Positions 50,931-62,590 of a DNA stretch of 64,000 nt are shown here, piece by piece. The stretch is from NCBI RefSeq assembly GCF_001949145.1, contig NW_019091359.1, positions 338,021 to 402,020 on the forward strand. Reading direction: 5' to 3'. Below the pieces are notes generated by a model that saw only the letters and a list, made by a program, of their open reading frames with translations, searched no databases and had not been told where the DNA came from. Every line of letters begins with the position of its first letter. Position 1 is the first letter of the stretch. The DNA is from Acanthaster planci (Eukaryota). Both the position numbers and the translations under genes were made by a program.

Positions 50931-52799
50931 TTTTCTCTGGAGAAGCTAGGCAAATTTTTTGGGGGGGGAGCAGGAGGACTATCTTCATCTGGTGCGACAG
51001 TAAACTTAAGTGCTTGTCCAACTTGGCGAATAAAAAGAAAATGACACTGTAACAAAACTACGTACTTCTTTACTTCTCTCTTGGCTCTCTAGGAGGGGGG
51101 TCACGTTTGCCCCCGCCCCCTCCATCTGTTGTTAGAGCATTGCCTGATCACGGGCCAATATTAAAATGTGTGAATATGCATCACTTCTAGATATTTTTAA
51201 AACTTTCGGTCTGGTTGTCTGAATTGCGCGGTTTACCATCTCTGCGCTACAACTCGAGAAAATTCTCTTTCATATGTGGTTTTTTCATGCTCTCATTAAA
51301 GCCGGGTCACATCGTCGATATGCCAGGGTGTTTTTCCTGTCTATACCGAAGGTCGGACGTTTCATTGTTCAGTCATTTGACCTTCATCAGTGACAAGCCC
51401 AAACCCAATGTCAAGCAGGCTTTGTGTCACAACGGAGCAGTAGTCGCCAATCCCCGTAGCTGGTCTCGGTTGTGAACGCTTCCTCTATTTTCAGAGAAGG
51501 GGGTCGGTACCTTATAATTGTGCCATTCGACATTGCAGAATTAGACAAATATCCGCTGCAGGTGGTGTATATGATGATATAACAGCTCCTAAGCCGTAGC
51601 GTCTGCTGTCACCTTGTGCCAAGTATCGATGAAATCACACGATTGCTTTATGCCGGGCCTAGGTTATCGATTACCAAATCCCTGGCGAGCCGGTGGCTCA
51701 TTGTTATCAACCTGTGCGAGTTCAACTTTTTTTTTGTTTTAATCATATGGATGCCCGCGATGGAAAGTGTCATGGTGTTGGACGCATGCGGGGGAGAGGT
51801 TGATCTTAATTACTGAAGAAATCAGGACAGGGTAGAAGAAGTGAAGGTGATAGCGCCATGTCGGCTTCTTTTTCTTCGGCCGTACTTTCATCAAAACTGT
51901 CGATCATGGACTTGAACGTTGTGTGGCGTGGTTGATATCCGTGCGCATGCGGTGCTTCGTGAAAGTGGCTGTACCCGATTGTTTTGCCTTGACCATCTTC
52001 TCTATTGTTAGCAGGTGTTGTTTGCATTTATGCAACATGGAGGGGAATGAATCGGGGCTGGATTTGTAGTTATACGCAATTGTATTTATCTTCGGATGGC
52101 TTCTTCGTGTCTCAACTATACTGCCTATAGTATCAACAAAGCGAAACTGCAAAGACCACGAGATCACAGCAATGGAAATTTTGTTTTCAGGATTTTTTTT
52201 CCTGAGAAAGCAACTGCCATAACCAATGCGTGATCTCACATTTACAAGCAAATTACGTGGGAAGGGGATTTACAGAGAAAGGGGTCCTTTCAGTTTTGCA
52301 ATACCCAGGATCTCTGAAGCACAGTGTTGCTAAATCAAGCTGAGTACCTTTGCATAAACCAGAGAAGATCCTTTGCCACTGGACAAAAAAGCCCGAACCT
52401 TCATTAAAAAGAGTTGCGGGATGAAACTGTGTATTTTGTTTTCAAAACGGTTACCGTAACAGCTGTCCATGGGCCTCACAAATTGATCAGAAATGCCAAA
52501 AGACGGTTCAAAATGGACAGTTTCTCGCTCAAATGCACATTCAATAAGCCCATATCGGGAAGGAACCAATTCAATGGCTCCTCATACGAAGGTGTTGAAA
52601 CTCCTGCATTGTGCTAAACGCCGCCTGGTCTGCCTTTAGTAGTAATATCAATCAACTTGTCTCACAATTATCGATATCATTTGGCGGAACTCCGAAATTA
52701 AAAGGACGAGTTCTATTTATCAGTCTGGATCCTAAACCTGACACCGTTACCGCAAACAGACCACGAGGCTATAAGTCCAACATTTCAAAACTTTGAAAA

Positions 52800-53482
52800 C
52801 AAATCTCTGCGGTAATCAACAGTTGAGCTGAACTCCTTCAGTCGGTTCAAGTCCACTTTAGTAAGTTCCTTCCAATCAAGTCCATTTGATGGTACAGAGG
52901 AGAAATGAGTTTCGACTCACATTTATTTGATTCAAACAGTCGAACTGCACGATCGACTTGATTCGAGCCGGTTACATTGATGAAACAGTTCAATTTGATC
53001 CGTTGTGAACTAACTCAAGTCAAGTCCAACCAAGCTGTTGCATGAGATGAGCCTGGAATTGAGTTGATCTGAATTTAGCTAAGTGTCGACTTTGTGGAGG
53101 CCTAAGTATGTGTGTAGTACAATCCTGCAAAATCACTTCACTCTGATGCCGAAAATAAAGCCTCAATAGAATACCTCAAGTTGATTTGAATCACGCACAA
53201 CTTAAGTCAAACTTCAGATCGTGTCAGGCTACGCAGTTTATACGGATCTTTTTAAGGTAAGGTTTTGTCGTCCGCTTCGGCGAGTCTCAAGTTGAGCTTA
53301 CTTCGCATTCAGCTACACTCAACCGAGGTAAGCCGAGTCGAGTCCAATTAAAGCGAATCAAGTCGAATTGAGTGTATTTAAGTCGACTGCAGTCAAGTGA
53401 AGTCCAGCAAGTCAACACAAATCTTGTCGAGTCTAGTCAATGTAAATTGAGTCAAGGGTTTTAATGTCAAATTGAGTCAAGG
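52800..53482. repeat. Degenerate pentanucleotide (RAGTC-like) low-complexity region
   Basis: Recurrent AAGTC/GAGTC/GAGTT units with 5-bp spacing; AAATTGAGTCAAGG repeated near 53444-53482. Confidence 0.6.
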
Positions 53483-56400
53483 TGGATAGATACGCCGCTG
53501 CTTGACGGTGAAACTCGTCTGCAAACAAGTGCTAAAGGAATAGGAAAAAGCAAAGCTGCATCCAAGCAATGCTTAGCCCCTTGGAAGTTTATCTCAATGT
53601 ACATGTACATAATATCTGCGTACCCTGGTGAAATCGTAAGGAGAGAATGTTGCTGTCGACAGTTTGTGAAAGACCCATTTTTATCAACCGGAATCCGGTC
53701 ACTTAGCCGCTTTTCATAGTTACCGTGGCATTTATTTGAAAACGCAAGTGACTTTTACTCTGTGTATATTTTTCAGTAGTTCTCGTCCAACGTTGTTTAC
53801 ACTTCAGTGCACTAATGATAGGTTAATAGGCAATGCACTTAATAGACAAACAAGGATTAGTGACACAATATGCCACAGTCATCTAAATCGTAAACCAGAC
53901 TGTCAGGATTGTGCTTCGGCGTACGTTACTTCAATTCATACCATATTTCAATTTCGCCACAATTCGGCCTGGCGCCACGCCATCTGCCTCGTCACTGTAA
54001 CGGTTCTGTATGTGCTAGCACGCAGCAAAGAGCACATCTCTCAGCGGTGGGAGCTGTAAAATGCTCCCGTAATTCCCTCTTAAATAGCCGACAATTGCAA
54101 GGATAGTATCAGGCCTTCGGAACCTAACCCCGCGCGCGGCATTCCATCCCCATAAACAACTGCGGCCGAAACCAGACTAACACCAAATCTTTTTCCATGT
54201 CAGAACACCCCCGGGACCCGTCTAGGGCCGGGGGTTAGGTAACGTGACAGAAATATTACAAGTGACCCCCGATCCCTGGCGCAGGCGGAAGAATTTGGTG
54301 CCCTCCCCAGGGTGACGTTGGTCTACTTTTGGTTCGTCGGAGTTTGTAGCTGTTAAGGGCCTTTTGTTGGTTAAATATTTTCCCTGATGGTTTGCACCGT
54401 CCAACACATGTGAGTTTATTTTCCTCAGATCCGCTTACGGGCCCATAGGCTACAATGGGGAAAATTACGCCGATGAACCACATCTGCAAAGAAATTAAAA
54501 GCACATCAAAAACTTTTACCCTATCGATTGGCCACAAACTGTTTTGTGATTAACACGTTTTTGAAGTTGCTAGGGAGGCTGGGTAACGATTGACCGACTC
54601 GGAGAGGGTAGACCATTATTCTATCTTTTTAAAAAAAAAATTGGGCGATTTATGTCTGCGTGAACTTTAACCTTGCCCGATGCGACCCTCAAAAGAAAAA
54701 GTACGCCATTTCTTTTTTTTTTTTTTTTGTTTATTTTCTATAAATTTTTGGTTTGGGTAATATTGTTTGTGTTTAGAATGTTTAATTAAGCAGTGGCCTA
54801 CTTCTTCCCCAGGACCGGACCTGATCGAAATCTTAAAATAAAACAGACCATAGTTTCCAATAATTATTCATCACACGGAGATCAGGGAAATCTGGGCTTT
54901 ATTTGGCTTGTGGCAAAACTCGAATCCGAAGACGGGCCTGTGTATTGCGCCAGGGTTTTTGTTTCACGCGTTCCGCGCGAGCCGGCGACTGTGCCGGATA
55001 ATGAGCTGGGCCGTGGGTTGCTCCATCAAGGTGATACGCCTGGCCACGGGCACTTTTCACACTTGGTCGCGTCGGTGCCTTTCGCACTTACCCAAAGATA
55101 ATGAAATGCATGGTTGGGGAGAAACACCCGAAACATTTACGGAATTCTTAATTTCCAATCGGGTTAATGAAGTCCGAGGGTGGGGTTAAAAGCTATACGA
55201 GGGGACTGTACACACGAATTGTACAGAACAAACAGAAAAGGATTTCGTCCCTTGCAATATCGACATCGGAGTATATCGGGAAAACTTAAGCAAACCCTTT
55301 TTTACTGTTGAAGAGCCGCACCTTTGTTACAACCTCTCCCGCATGTTTAGCTATTGCATCTTGGTCCGTAAAGTTCACGGCTATTACGGTGTGGTTCACT
55401 ACTTGAAATTAATGGACAATAAATGAAGTGTACCCGTGTTTTTGGACAATAGAAAAGACTCCCAGGCTCAGAAAGACCTATGAAACTACAATAGTACGAG
55501 TCTCAATGATTTATTCAAAAAGACGACAAATCTAAAGTGTTCACTTTAAAGGAGGTATTGTTGTGACGGATAGAAAGCGACCAAAACCGTTAAGAACCAG
55601 TACAAATGGGAACCACTTCACCAGGTACAGCTTAGCAAATGTAGGTGCAAATATCTTTGTGAACAAGTCATGAGCAATATACATTGTACGATATATTAGC
55701 TGGTAACCCGATTTTGCTAAGCAACTTTTTTTGTGCGCACCACATCACCAGTTCCATGAAATTGGGCCCTGCCATTGCCCGACATGATTATTGGATGCTC
55801 CACATTGTTATAAAAAAATGTTTAATTGCTAGTTCAGTTCTAGTTTCGGGTGCAACAGTACTGGAGTTCTTTGTTTAAATCTCCAAGGCACGAGGTTGAG
55901 CATATAGTCGATCTCTAATCAAGTGTATTTTTCTCTCTCAGTCCGAGCCCTCACACCTACGTTTCATTGCAAAATGTGGGGAACTTGTGTCGGAGGCTTT
56001 TATTCAGTGTCACAGCGAATGGGTTAACAGGTGACTAGGATTCCTGTAAATCTTATCGGCTTTGATAATATCTGGATTTTTCCCCTTTTTTACCTGTTTT
56101 TTCATAATGTTTTTAATTTGAAAAAAATGCATCATCTGAACAAGCGTCCAAGGGCAGCTCTATTGGACACACATTTAAACACAGTTGTACTTCTGAATTA
56201 CTGCAAGCAAACAAAGTCGTTGAAATACTTCAAAGACGCTTACAAAAATGGAAGCGCCAATTTGAATCTAAGAATCTAGCTGAGATGAGTGTGAAGTACC
56301 GAACATTTCTAGAAGGCTTGTGCTTTGCCGTAGGATTAGTCAAGTCACGAAAGTACATCCAAAGGACCGTCGACCGAGAAGGGGCGAAATTTAGCAAGTG

Positions 56401-58320
56401 GCCTCTAGACTCCATCCCGCAGAAGGTGAGAGGATCAGATTTAGGGCGTGAGCGGGAAAGCTTTGCTGGATAAGCTGGTTTGAGAGGTAGCACGATGAGT
56501 GTGACACGCTCGCAGCTTCCGGGCAGTTGCATTTGGTATGAAAGGTGAGATCACGAAAACGTGAAGTTTGCAAGGGGGATTTTTGATGCTGACCGAAATA
56601 GGTCGAAATAATCGAAAATGTCATGTTCACATTTCATTTTTACTTTTGACAAACATTCTAAACCAAAATCTAAAACCATCAGTTCAAAAGATGACTCAGT
56701 ATCTCTGTCACTATAGGGTCTGTATTCAATCGCTATTTTTAAGCGCCAAATGATGAAGACATTGACTAAATTCAAATGTGAATGGCTGTACTGTTTTGCT
56801 GATTCGGTATACTGTAGATTCAATCTTTGACATTCAGGGTGTATAACGAAGTTGGAGTTGGCATTTTTTTCGTTTTCTTTATGCGGGATGTTGACGTAAT
56901 CTTATCAAAACAAGATGGCATTATGCATGAGAGCTATAGGATACTAATAAGAAGCAAAAACCATTTGCTTCAGACGTGTGTTTGTCGCAGGGCGGCAGCT
57001 GGATGCATCAAGCGTCACTGTGTTGGGTGTTGGGGTGGGGCTCAGATGTCGCCTCTTCCCTCCTCAAGGTCTAGTCCACAGTCATTATTGCGACACTGAA
57101 ACAATACTCCGGCACAATGCCTCCTGGAGCTCTTTGTGCAGGCGGGGGACTTGCTCACTGCGCTCTAAATCAACAACAAATATCCGCCGCCGTTATTGAT
57201 GACCTTCACCGACCGTCTGTCGCGTAGGGCACGCCAACCCCACAACAATAAAGGGAGGTCATTTCCAAGTTGGGACCCGGCCGGTCCTGCTCCTGTCGAT
57301 GCCCCACACGTTTCCATTGATGCTCAACACGATCGATACCAATACCAACGGGAGACTCATTGAAAACAAGCTTTTGTACCTCCTCGCTCTCAGTCTGGGC
57401 ATCCCTACAAGGAGATACTTCAGCCTCTATTCACAGCACTCTCGACAAAGCGTAGGTGCGAAATCTACTTAGAGTATTGAGGCCGCAAGCCCGGTAGCGT
57501 CCTCATTTCAGCAGCAACCTCCTCGACTCATGCATCCGGCTAGTTTCTACGGCTGACTACGGGCGGATTAATACGGCCAGCGCGATTTGCATCGGGGATC
57601 GTCACCTACGGCCTGCCCGAGTTTTTGGACGTGCGAAAAGTTCGATCCTCTCTCGACTGTCTGACGCCGATCAAGGGCCCTGCGCACCCGCTGCGTGCTC
57701 TGATGTGGCGCTCCCGACCTACGCTTTCAAACAAAAGTCCCATCCTGATTCTGATGTTGAAATTTGACACCTTGTCCGCCTCCGGGCTCTTGCAGAGATT
57801 CTGCCGAAAGAAATAATAGGCCATTGTACATGATTTTGAGCGGGCCTTTCATGGCGGCTGACTTAATTTGAAGCGCGAAAATTGCCCACCATCAATATCG
57901 GTCGAAAAGCGGTTTGGAGAGTTGGCCAATTGAATGAGCTTGGAAGAGTGACGTCAGAAAACAACGTATTCGTTTCTAATGGAATCACGTTCAAAACTCA
58001 ACTGCCGAAGAAAGATTTTAAGATTTCTCAAAGTTTGGCTGGTTTGAACACGTGAGATTTAAAATGCAATTCAAAGTCGGCGCGGCAAAAGAAGAACCAA
58101 CACAGTTTGGCCTTTCGACTTGCCAACGATACCGAAATAGTTGTGTAATATTTTTGCTGGATGCATTGGCGTTAATTTGTGCTGAGAACTGGGAGGAGGA
58201 GAGACAGGGGATTGTGGGTGGGGATGACTTGCCATCGAAATTTAAAAAACGGGGGGAGGGTTGCTGAAACCAAATGGTATAGCGGGCGATAGAATCGGAT
58301 GTACATGTACATCTGCAATA

Positions 58321-58598
58321 TGTTGTTATTATAATTTATTATTTCTAGTAATGACCCCAAGGATTCCTCAAAAGTGCCCTAGGCACTGTAGCTCGCAAGT
58401 CCAAAGAAACCTGTAGAGAGGAGACACTAAGAAGCAGTTTTAGAGGTGGGAGGAAAACCCCAGAGGAATATTCTGAGTAAAACCCACGGAATCAGGTAGG
58501 GACTGAAAACCCAATCCACATGTGGACCGAGCCGGGAAGCGAACCCGGACCGCAGAGGTGGAAGGCGAGGAAAGAACAACTACGTCAACCTGACTCCC
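58321..58598 (-). mobile_element. tRNA-derived SINE with V-domain-like core and AT-rich tail
   Basis: On the minus strand: A box-like TGACGTAGTTG (58587-58577), B box-like GGTTCGCTTCC (58545-58535), core CGTGGGTTTT...GGTTTTCCTCCCAC, tail AATAATAAATTATAATAACAA. Confidence 0.8.
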
Positions 58599-59005
58599 TG
58601 CATAACCTTACATCAAAATGGCGTATCTATGGCTGTTTAAAAAATTTAAAAATTGTTCTCCCTCATTGAGTGCTATTGAATAAAAAAAAAGTAGCGGGGG
58701 GGGTTGGATACATACTCCCTATCTCCTTTACGCCCCATGTCTGGATGTGGCCTCTAATTTCATTATTTCCAGTTCTTTTTAACTATTCACACGTGACTCT
58801 GCAGTGTTTCTGTCGTGTACCAGTATATTGTCCAATTGAGCAGCACGCTATCGGATTTAAAGTTGTGCCTGAAAGTGGATCTGGTTCAGTAAGTGCTCTT
58901 GTCCGTAGCTTGATCTGTGGGTATCGTTCTTAATAGGCACAACGGGACTTCGCTGTAGCCTAACTGGATTTCCTGTTGGTGGTTCCGATTGCCTAACGCG
59001 TATGA

Positions 59006-59053
59006 GGAATAGCCCTCTGTCTTTCCACGGAATAGCCCTCTGTCTTTCCACGG
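59006..59053. repeat. Perfect 23-bp tandem duplication
   Basis: GGAATAGCCCTCTGTCTTTCCAC twice (59006-59028, 59029-59051) plus GG. Confidence 0.95.
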
Positions 59054-60388
59054 CATCCCAGTCCCATTTTTTGCCTACGTGGCTGGTAAACCACGGCAGG
59101 CCGTTAGAATGAAAGCATAAATCATTTTACAAAAGTTTAAAAACCTCACGCGATTATAAAGACTCCCAATATTAAATACTCTTCGTATATTCTTAATGAG
59201 AAACGCGGTACTCTTTGAAAGTGGTGCCAAATTTTGAACAATTTGAGGCGAAACCTGACACCGGCCAACGGTATTTCTGCAGACTATATATGAAGCTGCC
59301 CGTACAAATGGTTGGCAATATGAGAGAGGGTTACAAAGTTAATTATCCCAAGAAAACAACAAAGTCATCATCATCAGTGAGATTAACGCTTCTTCGAAAC
59401 AGGACAAGTCTGGCACGGAAGCCTCGAAAACATCCTCCGCTTCATCACGCACATTACGAGGATGTATTCTCCATTCTTTTATGACCAGTCCTGAGACGCC
59501 ATGCATAGCACTGCAAAACGCAGAATGGAGAATACCAACACATGTCGCCCATCTCCGCTGCTCAGGAAGTGCCTATATCGCGGCCTCGGCACGGCTCCTT
59601 GCAGCTGGTTTTCCTATCGGTGATGCATCTTCCAGCCTGTGTCGGCACCCATCCGATCAGCGCTGCGACCTGGAGACTTGGGGAGGCGAAAGTGGGTCAA
59701 GGGTCACGGTGGCGCCTTCATGTTGGTCCTAAACCATTCTGCACCGTACATGTGCATGTATATGTCATTGCTCATTCCGGACGGAAGAGTTCCCACAAAA
59801 TCATCGTAACCATATGGGCCAACTACTTTGATACCGATTGATGAATTGGCGATGAGAGCGATGTAGTTGACAGACTGATTCTCATTAACACCAATGATAA
59901 ACATCCGAACATTTAAATTAGGAAAAACTGCAATTCAATCACAATGAAAAACACACTTTCTGCTCTTATTTTGAGAGGGAATCAAATGGTGAATTTACCA
60001 TGATCTGCTAAAGGTGTTCATATAAATTGTGGCGTGGAATTCTATCTAGTAAATTCTTTGTGAAAAATCACTGCCATGCCCAGAACTTTTCTCTTTTTTG
60101 AGTTTAAATCTCTTAAGTGAGTTTAAAAAATGACACGAAGTCCTTAATTTAGAATGAACCAGTGGGCATGCCAAACGTTATTCAGCCGGCGCAGGCAAAT
60201 TGGGGTAAATTTTAAAAGGCCAGTTACCCAAATGTGCATCAGACGAGCTGAGAAATGCATTATACTGAATCAATTTGGTAATCCCAGTAACTGTTTGGTC
60301 TCTGAAGCCTTGATACCGAAAACAAATTGACAATACCACGCGTTAAAAAAATATGTTCGTGAAAAAGCCTGCGTCTTGATTTCGCCAT

Positions 60389-60897
60389 TTGCTCAGCGCC
60401 CAAACAGGGTGCTAGAAGGGCTGATGGCTTTGCATGTCATTGGATACTTTGTGTAAGACATCCGACCGCGAGGGTATCTCTTCCTGTTAACGAAGCGTCA
60501 TTTGAAGTTTTGGTTGTAGGCAATGCTTTGGTATGTTTGAACGAAAGGGTCGGCTTATATGATAAAAACATGGCCTTGATACTATCACGATAGTTTACCT
60601 TCTCACTTAAAGTATCACTGATCACGTGTCTTTTGGCGATATATTTCAAATCATTGGTTATCTTGATCAATTTTGGATAAACGAATAAAGTGTAGTGAGA
60701 ACAGTTTCAGCAATGAGAAAGAAAAAGAGACAATATCGACTTGATAATCACCATATTGAGTGGCTGGCGCGCCAGGAGGAAATTTACCCACAATGCTCTG
60801 TGCGTCATTAGCTGTGACCCCTCATGACGTATTTCCTTCACTAAAATCTGTGCAAGGCCATTAGCTCTTTCCAGCGCCCTGTTTGGGCGCTGGGCGA
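60389..60897 (+). ncRNA. Long-range RNA duplex candidate (47 bp, arms 60389-60436 and 60849-60897)
   Basis: 25-bp plus 22-bp helices separated by one A/CC internal loop; 9 G-U pairs and no other mismatches on the + strand. Transcription not demonstrated. Confidence 0.6.
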
Positions 60898-61809
60898 CGA
60901 GCGAAGATTTCACCATAGATGGCTCACTGCGTGATACAATCACACAAAGATCATTGTCGATAAGACATACTAATCAAAGATGGGACTGTGACATTTAGCA
61001 CGGTAAATAAAACGCAATTATCCCCAACCAAATCACATGCAAACAAAAACGGTTTTAAATTTGATGTGAATGTCTACATTCTAAGTGAAAGCACACTTTG
61101 AGTTAAAGCTACACGAAAAGTTCGCATTGCGGGAATCATGTTAGAACTTGAATCAATTTGAGTGTTCCAGCACTGACACATTTCCCTTAGGAAATACAAC
61201 GTTGTGAATATAGGTCTACCGGCAGACATTTTTTAACCTTGACAAAGCAGACTGGTTTGGGGACGTATATTGCACGTGACATATTCGGTGTACTAATTCT
61301 CGGTCAGGACCCTGCCCGCACTTTCCGTGCTATTTCCCGGAGTTGGCGGCGCCACCTCAATTTGTAGAAATTTTCGGGGCTTTACAGCAACACTCATTGA
61401 ATCGACGCAAATCGCGATCGTCGCATGCTAGAGGTCGCCGAGGTTAAACCCTGTCCAAGCGCAGGATTTTTCCCGACTATTGAATTGATGATCATCAAAG
61501 ACCTACATATTTTTTATGGGAAACATATGGCCCTCTCATTTGCACTGTGAAACAGGGAAATAGGAAGTACACATGTTGGACGGGGTTGCATGTATTGAGT
61601 AATTTGACTCATATTACAGACTGTACTATTTTGCAACATGTGAGATGCCTGTACAGAGTCAGGTGAACGATGGCCTCATCTGAATGAACAAAACCGCCAT
61701 TTTCATTCTCTTCTGATCTCGGTGAAGGGCTTACCATATGAGGCATAAGCCGCTGATATACAGTAGAGTGGTGTGATTAAACTAGGGTGAAATTTCTAAG
61801 AGAGCAGCA

Positions 61810-61954
61810 AGGGCGCACACCTTGTTGTAAGGGGCACTTAAAAGCAAATTAACCTTTAACCTTTATAGGCTCTGTCGATTTCAAAATTTCAAATGAGGAT
61901 CGGGGGCACTGGAGGAGGGGTACGCCCCCATCCCTCCGTAGTTCCGATACACTG
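61810..61954. mobile_element. Degenerate hAT-like MITE end
   Basis: Subterminal GGGCGC/GGGGCAC repeats, GGGG-N-CCCCC palindrome and terminus TAGTTCCGATACACTG resembling TAGTTACGCCACTG-type ends. No partner TIR found. Confidence 0.3.
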
Positions 61955-62256
61955 CTAGTACAGCACAGACCTTCTCCCTATAGCTAACAGTACAGATTGC
62001 CATGATATATGTTAGAGAAACTGCCAACAGACCGATTGCGCCCACTATGTCATGTGATCTATAGTGGGTATCAAACTTCAACAAAGATGGCGTCCTCCCA
62101 TAGCAAAGTGCGTTTTAAGTGTTGTTCACCAAAACATCAGGCTGAATTTTGGTGTAGTGCTCAGCACATCAGTAGTCCGAGTACTTTTCTGACCGTCAGC
62201 TTTATTTTTTGGTAATAATGACACTTAACGGGAGGGGGCTATGTTGGTGTTTGATA

Positions 62257-62590
62257 CGCTGTAAAAACCAACGCCCATTGTAAATGCGTCTTTGCGGTAA
62301 TAATTGGAAACATGTAACCGTTTGAAATTAAACACCTTTCAGGAAATAAGCGTGTTTCGGTGTTCAGAAAGTGTTACCTCCCGATAAAGGTGTTTTGTGT
62401 CTTGTTATTAACAACCAAATGTGTCATTGTGTCTAAATTTTTTATCACATCAACACAACTTTGTTAGGAAATAAACACCACGACTTAACACCACGACGTG
62501 TTTAGCTTTGGAAATTAAACACCACAACACGTTCATAAAGTGTTACCGGGAAGGCGTTTAAAGGCGTGGAAACACGAACACTGGTGTAAT
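62257..62590. mobile_element. Possible CACTA/EnSpm-like non-autonomous remnant with AACACC/GGTGTT subterminal repeats
   Basis: Starts TA-CGCTGTAAAAA (cf. TA-CACTGTAAAAA); many AACAC/GTGTT motifs in both orientations; right TIR not found. Confidence 0.35.

Noticed and set aside
47040..55560. Kolobok-like ends GTCACCTTTAA (~47076) and TTAAAGGAGG (~55546)
   Set aside because: No partner TIR found for either end.
17960..55958. Isolated TCACACCT/AGGTGTGA T-box sites (~17961, ~42536, ~55952)
   Set aside because: About the number expected by chance for an 8-mer in 64 kb.
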